Assembly (NCBI GenBank): GCA_038244815.1
Contig: JBBRTB010000005.1
Coordinates: 16,387-80,386 of the forward strand
Origin: Thermoanaerobaculia bacterium
GTDB lineage: Bacteria > Acidobacteriota > Thermoanaerobaculia > Gp7-AA8
Length of the DNA: 64,000 nt
Direction of reading: 5' to 3'
In this document: piece after piece, positions 26,801 to 37,400 of the stretch
Layout of the letters: each line of letters starts with the position of its first letter
Numbering within the stretch: position 1 is the first letter of the stretch
Notes under the pieces: model-generated
The model's input: the letters and a program-made list of their open reading frames with translations, nothing else
Told to the model about the DNA's origin: nothing
Database searches by the model: none
Position numbers and translations under genes: made by a program

Positions 26801-27099
26801 TCTTGAACCGCGACTTCCGTTACCAGTTGACGGCGGTCGGAGCGCCGTCGCCCGGGTTGTACGTCGCGGAGAAAGTCTCGGACAACCGCTTCCGCATCGC
26901 AGGGGGGACCCCGGGCGCCGAAGTGTCGTGGCAGGTCACAGGAATCCGTCACGATCCCTATGCCGACGCACACCGCATCCCGGTCGAGGAGGCAAAGCCG
27001 GATGGCGAAAAGGGGACGTACCTCCACCCGGGCGACTACGGTCAGCCTGCGAGCCGCGGGATGAGCCGACCGGTCCGGCGTATGCCGGCCTCGGAGTAG
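23821..27099 (+). CDS. Large secreted collagen-like fibre protein: N-terminal beta-rich domain, collagen triple-helix segment, CBM5/12-like motif, 5 x 75-aa repeats, tail-fibre-like C-terminal domain
   Basis: Signal [26 protein letters not shown] x14 at 24616-24744 ([43 protein letters not shown]), followed by [27 protein letters not shown]...WNVLA. The repeats are [38 protein letters not shown]. The C-terminus is [35 protein letters not shown]. Confidence 0.85.
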   Translation: MYHSPMRERLSIPLLIAAGLIASPLLAGFASVNLILPAVGRVDGSGGSHFYTSVWVTNPSQTEAAQFVIRFLASGQPNPNPATASDSIAPGATKVYENIAESLFGITGVLGAAQIESTQPLLVTSRIYNQGDGQLPSASEGLFYSALPADFGIGSGQRGVLQGVRQSADFRYNIFLVEDAGQPLTLLITLVDTAGNVINETPVTLGSYEQRLLPLATITPAALTDATIQVTATEGNGRAIIAGSQIANGSQDASGFEMSFRPELLGAQGPTGPQGPAGPAGPPGPQGLPGTQGLRGVPGPQGLTGPQGVIWRGDWVSSQAYAAADAVSFQGSSYIAVAPSLGVQPGTNPASWNVLADKSNFVGTTAAGDLAGTYPNPTVASVGGMPAATIASAAGAAAGATSANTAGSIIKRDGSGNFAAGTITATLNGNAASATSFTGPLAGDVTGTQPATVVSTVGGQSAANVASGATLANGATNGNVANTIVKRDPSGNFAAATITAALNGNATSATSFTGPLAGDVTGTQPATVVSSVGGQSAATVASGAALANGATNGNVANTIVKRDPSGNFAAGTITATLNGNAASATNFSGSLAGDVGGTQSATLVSSVGGQSAASVASGASLANGATNGNVANAIVKRDPSGNFAAGTISAALNGNATSATNFSGSLAGDVGGTQSATLVSSVGGQSAANIASGAALANGATNGNVTNTIVKRDPSGNFAAGTITAALNGNATSATSFSGSLAGDVGGTQSATVIQSGVVVKSLNGLHDAVTVAGSGGTSISAAGNTLTINSSSGTITGVNAGTGLAGGGASGVVTLSASFGGDGSAGTISRSDHTHIGQSWTQPSGNGLVLTCQSVSCKGLLGQTNATDVNTSAFYGQVNATTSQGVGVWGQNNSSNPNSAGVFAQVGPGSGRALWATAAGSGIAAQFDGSVNIVGTLTKSAGSFKIDDPIDPENKYLYHSFVESPDMKNIYDGTATLDENGNATIDLPAWFQVLNRDFRYQLTAVGAPSPGLYVAEKVSDNRFRIAGGTPGAEVSWQVTGIRHDPYADAHRIPVEEAKPDGEKGTYLHPGDYGQPASRGMSRPVRRMPASE
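24915..26080 (+). repeat. Tandem 225-bp (75-codon) coding repeat, about 5 copies, inside the fibre gene
   Basis: The ATC of the I(I/V)KRD motif recurs at 25045, 25270, 25495, 25720 and 25945, exactly 225 bp apart. Copies are nearly identical at the DNA level. A degenerate half-unit precedes them from ~24915. Confidence 0.9.
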
Positions 27100-27357
27100 G
27101 ACGGGGAGATGCGGGTGCGATTCGGCCTCTTTGCGCTTTTCGTTCTTGCCGCGTCTCCGACACTGCTCATCCCTGAGCTGTGGCCCGACACGCACCGGGG
27201 TCTGTCTGCGGACGAGGACGGGAGCTGACGCGGAGATCGTCGATACGTGCGAAGACGTGGCCGTCGTGCCAGGGACGACCGCCGACGTGTTCGTTCAGCA
27301 CTGAGGCAACCGCTCCGGCTGAAAGCCGGCCCCACGTAATATGATCTGTATCGCGAT

Positions 27358-29190
27358 ATGCAGATCCAGACGCTGATCGACATCTACAACGTCACCTCGG
27401 CGATCGACCGCCCGGCGGCCATGCGCTTCAAGAAGGGCGCGGCCTGGGCCGACGTCACCGTCAACGAGTTCCGCGACACCGTGCGCTGGTTCTCCACCGG
27501 CCTGCGCGTGCTGGGGGTCAAGCCCGGCGACCGTGTGGCCATCCTCTCGGAGAACCGGCCCGAATGGACGATGGGCGACTTCGCGATTCTCACCAACTGC
27601 GCGGTCACCGTCCCCATCTATCCGACGCTGCTGGGCTGGCAGGTCGAGTACATCCTCAACGACTCCGGCGCCGTCGCCGTGATCGTCTCGACCGAAGAGC
27701 AGTTGCAGAAGCTGCTGGAGATCCGCCCGCACTGCCCGCACATCCACAACATCATTGTCTGCGATCCGCCGAACCGGACCATGCCTCCCGGCATCATGAC
27801 GTTCGGACAATTGACCGAGAGCGGCCGCGCCGAGGAACAGAAGGCGGGGCGGAAGCGGTTCGACGAGCTGGCCAGACGTCCGAAGTCATCCGATCTGGCC
27901 ACGCTCGTCTACACGTCGGGCACGACCGGCAATCCGAAGGGGGCCATGCTGACGCACGGCAACATCGCCAGCAACGTCGGCGCGACCGCGCACCTCATCG
28001 ATCTCTCCCCGGGCGAGGTCGCTCTTTCGATCCTGCCGCTCTCACACATCCTCGAGCGCATGGCCGACTTCTTCTACCTCTATCGCGGTCTCACCATCGC
28101 CTACGCCGAGAGCGTCGTGAAAGTCGGCGAGAACCTGCAGGAGGTGAAGCCGGATGTCTTCGCGGCCGTGCCGCGACTCTTCGAGAAGATGCGCGCGCGC
28201 ATCATGGACAACGTGGCCACGATGCCCAAGGTACGGCAGAAAATGTTCCACTGGGCCCTCGGCGTCGCCGCTGAACGGCTGCCGTACCGCGTCGAGCACA
28301 GGAAGATGCCCCTGGGCCTGCATCTGCGCTCGACCATCGCCGACAAGACCGTCTTCAAGAAGATTCTCGATCGCCTCGGCGGCCGCGTGCGGTTCGTCAT
28401 CTCGGGCGGCGCGCCGCTCTCGGCCGAGCTGGCTGCCTTCTTCATCGGCGCGGGCGTGGAGATCTTCGAGGGCTACGGCCTCACCGAGACCTCACCGGTC
28501 ATCGCCGTGAACACTCCTGCCAAGCGCCGCGTCGGAACGGTGGGGACGGTGATCCCGGGCGTGGAAGTGCATATCGCCCCGGACGGCGAGATCCTGACGC
28601 GCGGTCCGCACGTGATGCAGGGCTACTGGAACAATCCCGAGGCGACGGCGCAGGCGATCGATGGGGAGGGTTGGTTTCATACGGGCGACATCGGCGAGCT
28701 CGACGCCGATGGCTTCCTCAAGATCACCGACCGCAAGAAAGACATCATCATCAACGCGTACGGGAAGAACATCGCGCCGCAGCCGCTGGAAGCACTGCTC
28801 AAGAGCTCCCCATACGTCGGGACGCCGGTGCTCATCGGCGACCGGCGGAAGTTTCTCGTCGCGCTGATCGTGCCGAATTTCGAGAAGCTGGAGCGCGACG
28901 CCGCGGCGATGGGTTTGACATTTGCCTCGCGCAAGGACCTCGTGGCGAACGAGCGCGTGCGCGGCATATTCCAGACCGAGATCGATCGCTTCAACACGAA
29001 CCTCGACCGCCAGGAAAAGGTGCGCCGGTTCGCGCTGCTGGCTGACGACTTCACGATCGACAACGACGAGATCACCCCTTCGCTCAAAGTGAAGCGCAAG
29101 ATGATCGACAAGCGCTACAAGAACCTCATCGATGAGATGTACGCCGGTGAGGAAGACGCCGCCGGCGACAGGGACGCCCGCCGCACATGA
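27358..29190 (+). CDS. Long-chain fatty acid--CoA ligase (AMP-forming)
   Basis: 610 aa with AMP-binding motif LVYTSGTTGNPKGAMLTHGN, GYGLTETSP, WFHTGDIGELDADGFLKITDRKKDIII and the C-terminal TPSLKVKRK. Confidence 0.9.
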   Translation: MQIQTLIDIYNVTSAIDRPAAMRFKKGAAWADVTVNEFRDTVRWFSTGLRVLGVKPGDRVAILSENRPEWTMGDFAILTNCAVTVPIYPTLLGWQVEYILNDSGAVAVIVSTEEQLQKLLEIRPHCPHIHNIIVCDPPNRTMPPGIMTFGQLTESGRAEEQKAGRKRFDELARRPKSSDLATLVYTSGTTGNPKGAMLTHGNIASNVGATAHLIDLSPGEVALSILPLSHILERMADFFYLYRGLTIAYAESVVKVGENLQEVKPDVFAAVPRLFEKMRARIMDNVATMPKVRQKMFHWALGVAAERLPYRVEHRKMPLGLHLRSTIADKTVFKKILDRLGGRVRFVISGGAPLSAELAAFFIGAGVEIFEGYGLTETSPVIAVNTPAKRRVGTVGTVIPGVEVHIAPDGEILTRGPHVMQGYWNNPEATAQAIDGEGWFHTGDIGELDADGFLKITDRKKDIIINAYGKNIAPQPLEALLKSSPYVGTPVLIGDRRKFLVALIVPNFEKLERDAAAMGLTFASRKDLVANERVRGIFQTEIDRFNTNLDRQEKVRRFALLADDFTIDNDEITPSLKVKRKMIDKRYKNLIDEMYAGEEDAAGDRDARRT

Positions 29191-31325
29191 CCATCGCCGA
29201 AGCTCCACCCCGGACCACCAACGCATTCCGCATCGATCGACAGAGTGATCTGGCCATCGTCTGGTTCGATCTGCCCGGCGAGAAGGTGAACAAGTTCTCG
29301 TCGACGGTGATGCTGGAGTTCTCGGGGGTCATCGACGACCTGGCGCGCTCGACCGATATTAAGAAAGTCATCTTCGCCTCGTCCAAGCCGTCGGTCTTCA
29401 TCGCCGGCGCGGACGTCTCCGAGTTCACGCGCGCCACGACGGTCGACGAGGCCCGGGAGTACGTGCGCCTCGGCCAGCAGGTGTTTCAGCGCCTGGCGAG
29501 ACTGCCGCAGGTCACCGTGGCCGCCATCAACGGCGCCTGCGTCGGCGGCGGATGCGAGATGGCCATCAGTTGCGACTGGCGCGTGATGTCGGACTCGCCG
29601 AAGGCCACCATCGGCCTCCCGGAGACGAAGCTGGGGATCTTCCCGGCGTGGGGCGGCGTGACGAAGATGCCGCGCCTGATCGGACTTCCCGCGGCGCTCG
29701 ACATGATCCTGGCCGGCAAGACCGTCGATGGAAAGCGCGCCAAGCGGATGGGTCTCGTCGACGAGGTCGTCGCGCCGGCGATCCTGCTCGACGTGGCCAG
29801 ACAGTTTGCCGGCCGCGGCAAACGCCAGGGCGGGGGACGGACGAAGTTCTACATCGAGGGCAATCCGCTGACGCGCCGCTTCATCTTCGCGAAAGCGCGC
29901 AAGAGCGTGATGCAGCAGACGCACGGCCATTACCCGGCGCCGCTCAAGGCCATCGACGTGATGGAGTACGGGATGTCGGCCGGTGTCGAGCGTGGCCTGG
30001 AGCGCGAGGCGCAGGAAGTGGCGCCCCTCATTCGCGGCGACGTGGCGCAGAATCTCGTTCGCCTCTTTTTCCTCATGGAGGAGGCGAAGAAGGACCACAT
30101 CGCCGCCAGGCCGCGCGTCATCGAAGCCGTCGGCGTCCTCGGCGCGGGCGTCATGGGCGGCGGCATCGCCCAGATCGTCGCGGACAAGACCGACGCCGAC
30201 GTGCGCATGCGCGACATCAACTGGAAAGCGATCTCCGGCGGCCTGCAGGCGGCGGCGAGAGTGTGGCGGAAGAAACTGGAGCGCCGGCGCATCACTCGGG
30301 GAGAGATGGCCCGCAAGCTGGCCCGTATCACCGGGACGACCGACTGGACCGGCTTCGGCCGCGCGGACATGGTCATCGAGGCCGTCATCGAGAAGCTCGA
30401 CATCAAGCGCCAGGTGCTCTCCGAGTTCGAAGCCATCGAGAAACCGGATGCGATCTTCGCCTCGAACACATCGACGATTCCCATTACCGACATCGCCGCG
30501 AACGCCAAGCATCCCGAAAACGTCGCTGGCATGCACTTCTTCAATCCCGTCGACCGCATGCCGCTGGTCGAGGTGATCCGCGGCGCGAAGACGTCGGACG
30601 TGGCCGCGGTGACCGTCGCCAACTTCGCGCGCAAGCTCGGCAAGACCGTCGTCTATTGCAACGACGGTCCCGGCTTCATCGTCAACCGCATCCTCGGTCC
30701 CTACATGAACGAGGCCGGCTTCCTGCTCGAGGAAGGCAATTCCATCGAGTCGATCGACAAAGCGATGGTGGATTTCGGGATGCCCATGGGACCGATGGCC
30801 TTGCTCGACGAAGTGGGCATCGACGTGGCCGCGAAAGTCGGCGACATCCTGTCGAAGGCGTTCGCCGATCGCATGAGCGCGCGCTCGCGCGTCGTGGATG
30901 TGCTGTACGCCGACAAACGCTTCGGCAAGAAGAACGGACGCGGTCTTTACATCTACGAGAACGGCAGGCGCAAGAGTCCCGACGCCTCGGTCTACACGCT
31001 GCTCGCCGTGACGCCTCATCCCGCGGACGCCAATGCCGTCGTCGAGCGGACCGTGCTGGCGATGATCAACGAGGCGGCGATGATCCTCGACGAGAAGATC
31101 GCTGGCTCCGCCGCCGATCTCGACCTGGCCATGATCATGGGGACGGGCTTCCCGCCGTTCCGCGGTGGGTTGCTACGCTACGGGGATTCCCTCGGCGCGC
31201 GGTACCTCGTCACGCGACTGGAAGACCTGGCCGCGCCACTCGGGAAGCGATTCGCGCCGACGATGCCGTTGCGCAAGCTTGCCGACAGCGGAACGTCGTT
31301 CTACGAAGCCTGGCCGCGTGGGTAG
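29187..31325 (+). CDS. fadJ: Fatty-acid oxidation multifunctional enzyme (enoyl-CoA hydratase / 3-hydroxyacyl-CoA dehydrogenase), FadJ/FadB-like
   Basis: Start overlaps the ligase stop (ATGA). Crotonase part: AAINGACVGGGCEMAISCDWRV...GLPETKLGIFPAWGG. Rossmann part: VGVLGAGVMGGGIAQ. HCDH part: ASNTSTIPI...HFFNPV. Confidence 0.9.
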   Translation: MTIAEAPPRTTNAFRIDRQSDLAIVWFDLPGEKVNKFSSTVMLEFSGVIDDLARSTDIKKVIFASSKPSVFIAGADVSEFTRATTVDEAREYVRLGQQVFQRLARLPQVTVAAINGACVGGGCEMAISCDWRVMSDSPKATIGLPETKLGIFPAWGGVTKMPRLIGLPAALDMILAGKTVDGKRAKRMGLVDEVVAPAILLDVARQFAGRGKRQGGGRTKFYIEGNPLTRRFIFAKARKSVMQQTHGHYPAPLKAIDVMEYGMSAGVERGLEREAQEVAPLIRGDVAQNLVRLFFLMEEAKKDHIAARPRVIEAVGVLGAGVMGGGIAQIVADKTDADVRMRDINWKAISGGLQAAARVWRKKLERRRITRGEMARKLARITGTTDWTGFGRADMVIEAVIEKLDIKRQVLSEFEAIEKPDAIFASNTSTIPITDIAANAKHPENVAGMHFFNPVDRMPLVEVIRGAKTSDVAAVTVANFARKLGKTVVYCNDGPGFIVNRILGPYMNEAGFLLEEGNSIESIDKAMVDFGMPMGPMALLDEVGIDVAAKVGDILSKAFADRMSARSRVVDVLYADKRFGKKNGRGLYIYENGRRKSPDASVYTLLAVTPHPADANAVVERTVLAMINEAAMILDEKIAGSAADLDLAMIMGTGFPPFRGGLLRYGDSLGARYLVTRLEDLAAPLGKRFAPTMPLRKLADSGTSFYEAWPRG

Positions 31326-33123
31326 CGGAATCGCCGCTCTCTCGTCGCGCCAACGGCTCGTGTTCTGGAGCGCGGCGCTCGTGTGCGCGGTGTCGCGGCT
31401 ACTGGCGATGGCCCGTTCCATGTGGGACTGGGACGAGGCGCTCTTCTGCCTGGGCATGCAGCGCTATGACGTGACCATGCACCATCCGCATCCGCCCGGC
31501 TTCCCGGTGTACATCGCCATGGGAAAGCTGCTCCGGCTGGTGACGCCGAGCGATTTCCGAGCGCTCCAGGCCGTGAACCTGATCGCCGGCGCGCTGGCGT
31601 TTCCGGCGGTGTTCCTGCTGGCTCGTGCCCTGCGTCTGCGCTTCGAGACTTCGGTCATCGCCGGAGTGCTCTTCGTGTTCTTTCCGAACGTCTGGTTCTT
31701 CGGTGGCACCGCGTTCAGCGACGTGCCCTCGATCGTGCTCGTGGTCTTTGCGGTGGTGTTTCTGCTACGCGGCCGCGACTCGACGCGGGACTATCTGCTG
31801 GGAACGCTCCTGCTGGCCCTGGCCATCGGTATGCGGCCGCAGAATCTGCTGGTGGGACTCTTTCCCGGCATCTACGCGACGATGCGCCGGTCGTGGCGCG
31901 ACATCGCCATCGCCTTTCTGATCGGCGTCGCCGTCGTCGGAATCGCGTACGGCGGAGCGATCTACGCCACCGGCAACCTCCACGACTACGTGAACACCAT
32001 CCGTGCGCACAGCGACTACATCACGCGGATCGATTCGTTCCGCTCGCCCGACCGCCCGGCGCTGTGGCGGCTCTTCGACCGGTTCTTCATCAAGCAGTAC
32101 GAGCAGCCGTTCCTGGGTATGCTGACTTCCCTGTTCGTGGCGATCTCGATCGGCGGCGCAGTGGTCAGTGTGGCCGCGACAAGTGTGGCCCCGACAAGTG
32201 TGGCCGCCGGCTTCAGCCGGCGACGCGGCCTCCTCTGGAACTTTCTGATCTTCGCGCCCTTCGCGATCTCGGCGTGGCTGATGCTCGACCGTTTCAGCGT
32301 CAACCGTTTCTCGATCGGCTATGCGCCGATGTTCGCGATCTTCGCGGCCGACGGGATCGCGCGCGCGTCGCGCGGTTCGCGGACCGCGGAGAGTGCGATC
32401 GCGGCGCTGCTCGTCGTGGGATTCATCGCCTGGACCGCTCCAGCCCTCACACCGGTCCGTCGCGACGTGGCGCCGTCGGTTCGCGCCGTCGAGGCGGCGA
32501 TACGGACGGTGAATCCGGCAGCGGCTCATCTCTACGTCGGATATTCGATGACGCCGTTCATCGAGTATCGGGCGCCGTCCTTTTTGATCACGCGTGTCAT
32601 GGACGACCGCGCCATTCCGCTCACGCCGGCGGCCCGCGGCGTTCTGCTGGCGGAGGTGTCGGAGCCGCAGCCGGGCGGTACGCTGTTCACGCGCGATCGC
32701 GATCGCCTCTGGGACATCGCCCGCCGGCACTACTTCGAAGTGGTGTTGCGGCCGATGACGAGCGTGGCGCGGTTCGGCGCCGGATGGTACGGCGCTGAGG
32801 AGCAGGGGATGGACGAGTGGAGGTGGATGTCGCGATCGAGCGTCACCACGCTTCCGCCCCGCACGGGAGAGACGGTCCTGCGGCTCAACTTCGCCATCCC
32901 CGGCGATCTCGTGGCGAAGCAGCCGGAGATCACCGTGACGCTCAACGGGCACACGCTGGAGCGGTTCCGCGCCACGAGTCCCGACGTCTCACGCGACTAC
33001 CACGTCACTGCGCTCGACGGACCGAACGTGATGACGCTCGCTTCTGATCAGACGACGAAGGAAGCGGGCAGCGGACGCGAGCTCGGATTGCGCGTGCGAT
33101 TCATCTCGTGGGGGCCGGGATAG
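31318..33123 (+). CDS. GT-C fold membrane glycosyltransferase (DUF2723/TMEM260- or PMT/ArnT-like)
   Basis: GTG at 31318 lies just before the fadJ stop. The product is polytopic with a first-loop motif MWDWDEALF...HHPHPPGFPVYIAMGKL resembling the DxxE...HPPG(Y/F)P signature. The start is uncertain, and M at ~31408 is also possible. Confidence 0.65.
   Translation: MGSGIAALSSRQRLVFWSAALVCAVSRLLAMARSMWDWDEALFCLGMQRYDVTMHHPHPPGFPVYIAMGKLLRLVTPSDFRALQAVNLIAGALAFPAVFLLARALRLRFETSVIAGVLFVFFPNVWFFGGTAFSDVPSIVLVVFAVVFLLRGRDSTRDYLLGTLLLALAIGMRPQNLLVGLFPGIYATMRRSWRDIAIAFLIGVAVVGIAYGGAIYATGNLHDYVNTIRAHSDYITRIDSFRSPDRPALWRLFDRFFIKQYEQPFLGMLTSLFVAISIGGAVVSVAATSVAPTSVAAGFSRRRGLLWNFLIFAPFAISAWLMLDRFSVNRFSIGYAPMFAIFAADGIARASRGSRTAESAIAALLVVGFIAWTAPALTPVRRDVAPSVRAVEAAIRTVNPAAAHLYVGYSMTPFIEYRAPSFLITRVMDDRAIPLTPAARGVLLAEVSEPQPGGTLFTRDRDRLWDIARRHYFEVVLRPMTSVARFGAGWYGAEEQGMDEWRWMSRSSVTTLPPRTGETVLRLNFAIPGDLVAKQPEITVTLNGHTLERFRATSPDVSRDYHVTALDGPNVMTLASDQTTKEAGSGRELGLRVRFISWGPG
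32167..32221 (+). repeat. In-frame 15-bp triplication (AGTGTGGCCSCGACA x3) followed by a REP-like hairpin GCCGGCTTCAGCCGGC inside the glycosyltransferase gene
   Basis: Units at 32167-32181, 32182-32196 and 32197-32211 encode SVAAT SVAPT SVAAG. The hairpin at 32206-32221 is the same core as at 1577-1596. Confidence 0.8.
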
Positions 33124-34291
33124 GCGAGTTTTCGGCCGCGGCTTTGCGGTGCGGAAAGTCGATCACGCGCGCGGCCAGCAGGCGTTTGAATGCCCTCAGC
33201 GCTTCCAGCTCCGGCATGGGCATGATGCGCAGGATGTCGCGGATGGTCAGCCGCCCGTCGACACGCGAGAGCAGGAACCCTTCCGCCGGCTCGATGTTGA
33301 GCCGGGACATGGCATCAGGGCCGATCGTGACGACCGGTACGTCATCTTTCGTGAAATTGTGTTCGTACACGGAGGCGGCGAATGCGCGGGTCACCTCGAG
33401 GAGCTGCTCGACGATGTCCTTGCGGCCAGGATTGGCGGTGGCCAGTCCCTGCAGCATCTCCATCGCTTCGGTCCAGCGGCCCGCCTGAGCCGCCGCTCGG
33501 GCGTCGTCCATCTTGCGCGCCAGCCGCTTTTCGCGATCGACGTGCGCGGTGATGTCGGTCGGCTGAATGAGCCGGTAGGAAAGCAGCTCGGAGATGGCCC
33601 GGAAGATCTTGAAGCGGCTGAAGGGCAGCTTCTCCGTGAGGTTGGCCACGTTGACGCTGCCGTCGATCCGGGCGAGCACGTGCCGGGCCACCAGCGCGTC
33701 TTCCCACTTCTCCTGGGTGGGAAACGATTCGTCTTTCGACTCGAAACAACTGTTTGGGTGGATATAGGCGTTCATGCGGCTCCAGACGTCCGCGCGCCGC
33801 AGCCCTTCCCACACCACGTGAATGGGATCGATGTTGATGACCAGCGATGACGTGGACGCGGTCTTGCTCGGCTCGAAGGTGAAAGAGCCTTCCGTCCACA
33901 GGAACATCTCGCAGACGTCTTCGATGGTCTTCTCCGTCAGTGTGGAGAGAGCCTGCTCTCGGGTGATCTTGTTCTCCCGGACCAGCACGGCCGCGGCGGC
34001 GGCTCCCGTTTCGGCCTGCACGCGAAACGCCGCCTCGATGTCCTCTTCGCTGGCGAAGCCGTGATAGAGCAGGTAATTCCGCCAGCGTTCCCGTTTGTCG
34101 TTCGTCGACGAGAACACGATGCGGCCGTCGCTAAGGACGACGCGGATCTCTTTGCCACGCTCATCGGTGAACTGAAACAGCCCGGTTCTCTGCGCGGTGC
34201 GGCCCCATTGGATGAGGTCCGCCACGGACATGGTCGAGAATTTTCCGGCGACGCTCACGAAATGGCTTCGTAGTGTAACGCAGGGCCGCAA
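33101..34291 (-). CDS. DUF4388 domain-containing protein
   Basis: N-terminus GKFSTMSVADLIQWGRTAQRTGLFQF...IRVVLSDGRIVFSS and WTEGSFTFEP parallel the protein at 1606-2844. The C-terminal FLLSRVDGRLTIRDILRIMPMPELEALRAFKRLLAARVI motif is present. There is no FHA domain. Confidence 0.75.
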   Translation of the reverse strand: MRPCVTLRSHFVSVAGKFSTMSVADLIQWGRTAQRTGLFQFTDERGKEIRVVLSDGRIVFSSTNDKRERWRNYLLYHGFASEEDIEAAFRVQAETGAAAAAVLVRENKITREQALSTLTEKTIEDVCEMFLWTEGSFTFEPSKTASTSSLVINIDPIHVVWEGLRRADVWSRMNAYIHPNSCFESKDESFPTQEKWEDALVARHVLARIDGSVNVANLTEKLPFSRFKIFRAISELLSYRLIQPTDITAHVDREKRLARKMDDARAAAQAGRWTEAMEMLQGLATANPGRKDIVEQLLEVTRAFAASVYEHNFTKDDVPVVTIGPDAMSRLNIEPAEGFLLSRVDGRLTIRDILRIMPMPELEALRAFKRLLAARVIDFPHRKAAAENSPIPAPTR

Positions 34292-34476
34292 CTTCCCTCA
34301 GGCCTATGCCCATGTCGGGCTGATCAATGCCGCCCCTCACCATCGGGCTGCTGAAGGCGGCCCGGGACGGTCGCGTGGCTCCCTGGCTTTGATTGGCCTG
34401 GGGTCACTCGCTTGTATGATATGTGCCCCGCGGCGCCGCGAAAGAACGGTGCTACCAGTCCTCGCAGGAGAAGGCA

Positions 34477-37400
34477 ATGACCGTCACCGCTGAAGAACGC
34501 AAGACCGATCTGGTCGACCGGCTGGCCGCCGAAGCGCGCAGCCGTGTCCCGACCCGTCTTGCCGAGAGCGCCGAGAATTTCGTCCGTCGTTATTTCGCGC
34601 TCGTTGCACCAGACGACGTCATCTACACGTCGACCGATACGCTGCTCGGCAGCGCGCTGTCCCTGTGGGAGTTCGGTGCCGAGCGGAAGCCCGGTCAGCC
34701 CAAGGTCCGGCTCTTCAATCCGACCATGGAAACCAACGGCTGGTCGCTCGAGCACACCGTGCTGGAAGTGGTCAACGACGACATGCCGTTCCTCGTCGAC
34801 TCCGTCACGGCCGAGATCACGCGCCGCGAGCGCAAGATTCACTTTCTGCTGCATCCGATTCTGCACGTGGTGCGCGACCACAACGGCAAGCGCGTGGAGA
34901 TCACCGATACCCTGGGTGCGCCCTCCGACGCCCTGGTCGAGTCGTACATGCACATCGAGATCGATCAGGAGACCGAGGCCGCCGAGCTCGAGGCCATTCG
35001 CGGGTCGATCGAGACCATCCTCAGCCAGATCCGGCTGGCCGTGACGGACTGGCGGGAGATGCGCGCGCGGCTGGCCGCGGACACGGCCGAGCTGGACACG
35101 GTTCCCCTGCCCATGCCTGCCGAGGAGATCACCGAGGCGCGGGCGTTCCTGCGCTGGCTCGACGACGGGAACTTCATCTTTCTCGGGTATCGCCGCTACG
35201 GGTTCGAGACTCACGACGGAGAGGACTTCCTGCCCCCGGTTCCCGGGACCGGCCTGGGCATTCTGCGGGAGATCCGCAGGGAGTCGAAGACGCGCGGGGA
35301 GGAGCCGCTCAGCAAAGAGTTCAGCGAATACGCGCGCAAGAAAGATCTGCTGATCATCACCAAGGCGAACAGCCGCAGTCTCATTCACCGCTCGGTGCCT
35401 ATGGACCGGATCGGCATCAAGCGGTACGACCGGGAAGGCAATCTCGTCGCCGAGGACCGTTTTCTCGGGCTCTTCACGTCGGCGGCGTACAGCCGCAGCG
35501 TGCGTGACATCCCCATGCTTCGTCTCAAGGCCAAGCGCGTCATCGAGAGAATCGGACTCGATCCCCACAGCCACAACGGCAAAGCCCTGGCCGACATCCT
35601 GGAGACATTTCCGCGCGATGAGTTTCTTCAGGTCACCGACAACGATCTCTTCGACATCGCCCGCGGGATTCTGCTGCTGCAGGAGCGCCAGCGCGTGGCG
35701 CTGTTCACGCGCAAGGACGTGTTCGAGCGATTCGTGTCGTGCTTTGTCTACGTTCCGCATGACCGTTACACGCCCGACTTCAAGGAACGCGCGCGGGCGA
35801 TCCTGGAGGAGGCCTTCGAGGGCCACGACACACAGATTTTCGACTACGTCGGCAACTCCGCGCTCGCTCGCGGACTGTTCATCGTCCGCACCACCCCCGG
35901 TCACATTCCCCAGCCCGACATCCGGCGGGTGGAAGCGTACCTGGCGGAAGCGGCCAGAACGTGGAGCGACCGGTTGCTCGATGCTCTCGTGCACTCGAAA
36001 GGGGAAGAAGCGGGGATCGAGCTGCACAGGCGTTACAAGAAGGCCTTCCCGATGGCGTACGCGGAGCGTTTCTCGGCGGCGGCGGCGCTCTATGACGTCG
36101 GTCACGTCGAGGATGTCCTCAGCACCGGCAGGCTCTACGTCGATCTCTACCGGCACCGCACGGACCAGCGGCAGTTTCACGTCAAGCTCATTCACTCCGG
36201 GCTGCCCGTGCCGTTGTCCGAGATCATGCCCCGCCTCGAGAACATGGGCGTGAAGGTGCAGTCGGAAGTGCCGTACGAAGTGATGCCGCTGGGGGCCGCC
36301 TTTCCGGTGCGCATCCGCGACTTCAGCCTTTCCGCGGAAGGCATGCAGGACGACCTCAGCGCGGTCAAGGCGAAGTTCGAAGAGACGTTCATTCATGCCT
36401 GGCACCACGAGGTGGAGAACGACGGATTCAATCGCCTCGTGCTGGCGGCCGAGCTGGAATGGCATGAGATCGTCGTTCTGCGCGCCTATTACAAGTATCT
36501 GCGACAGATCGGGATCACGCTCAGCGAGGCCTACGTGGAGCAGACGATCGCGAACAACCCGCTGGTGGCCCGGCTGCTGATGCAACTGTTCACGACGCAT
36601 TTCGATCCCGCCCTGGGAGCGCCATCGCCGCGCGAAGCGGATCCCTCCTCGCCGTTGATGACGGGCAGACACCTGGCCGCGAAGGCGCTGCGCGCGCAGA
36701 TCGATGACGCTCTGGAGAGCGTCGTCAATCCCGATGAGGACCGCATCCTGCGCATGTACGTCAACCTCGTCGAGGCTACGTTGCGCACCAACTACTTCCA
36801 GCGCGACGGGAACGGACTGCGCAAGCCGTATCTCTCGTTCAAGCTGGACTCGCATGCCATCCGCAACCTGCCGCTGCCCAGGCCGATGTTCGAGATCTTC
36901 GTCTACTCACCGACGATGGAGGGTGTGCACCTGCGCGCCGGCAGAGTGGCGCGCGGCGGCATCCGCTGGTCCGACCGCCGCGAGGACTTCCGCACCGAGA
37001 TCCTCGGCCTGATGAAGGCCCAGAACGTCAAGAACGTGGTCATCGTGCCCATGGGCTCGAAGGGCGGCTTCGTGGTGAAGAACCCGTCGGCGGACCGCGA
37101 GACCTTCATGAAGGAAGGCATCGAGTCGTACAAGACCCTGCTGCGGGGGATGCTCGACCTCACCGACAACCTGCGCGGTGACGAGGTGGTGGCGGCGCGT
37201 GAGGTGGTGCGCCGCGATGCCGATGACACGTATCTCGTCGTCGCCGCCGACAAGGGCACGGCCACCTTCTCGGACATCGCCAACGGCATCTCCGCCGAGT
37301 ACGGTTTCTGGCTCGGCGACGCCTTCGCGTCCGGCGGCTCCGCCGGTTACGACCACAAGAAGATGGGCATCACCGCGCGTGGGGCCTGGGAAGCGGTCAA

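Noticed and set aside
27109-27228. 39-aa ORF (MRVRFGLFALFVLAASPTLLIPELW…) immediately after the fibre gene
   Set aside because: It has a hydrophobic signal-like N-terminus, but the only SD-like GGAG abuts the ATG with no spacing and the ORF is very short. It is kept only as a note. Ribo-seq or conservation would be needed.
29115-31019. 634-aa minus-strand ORF and several plus-strand alternative frames (29552-31474, 29983-30576) over fadJ
   Set aside because: The fadJ frame carries crotonase and Rossmann motifs. The alternatives are Arg/Pro/Gly-rich and motif-free.
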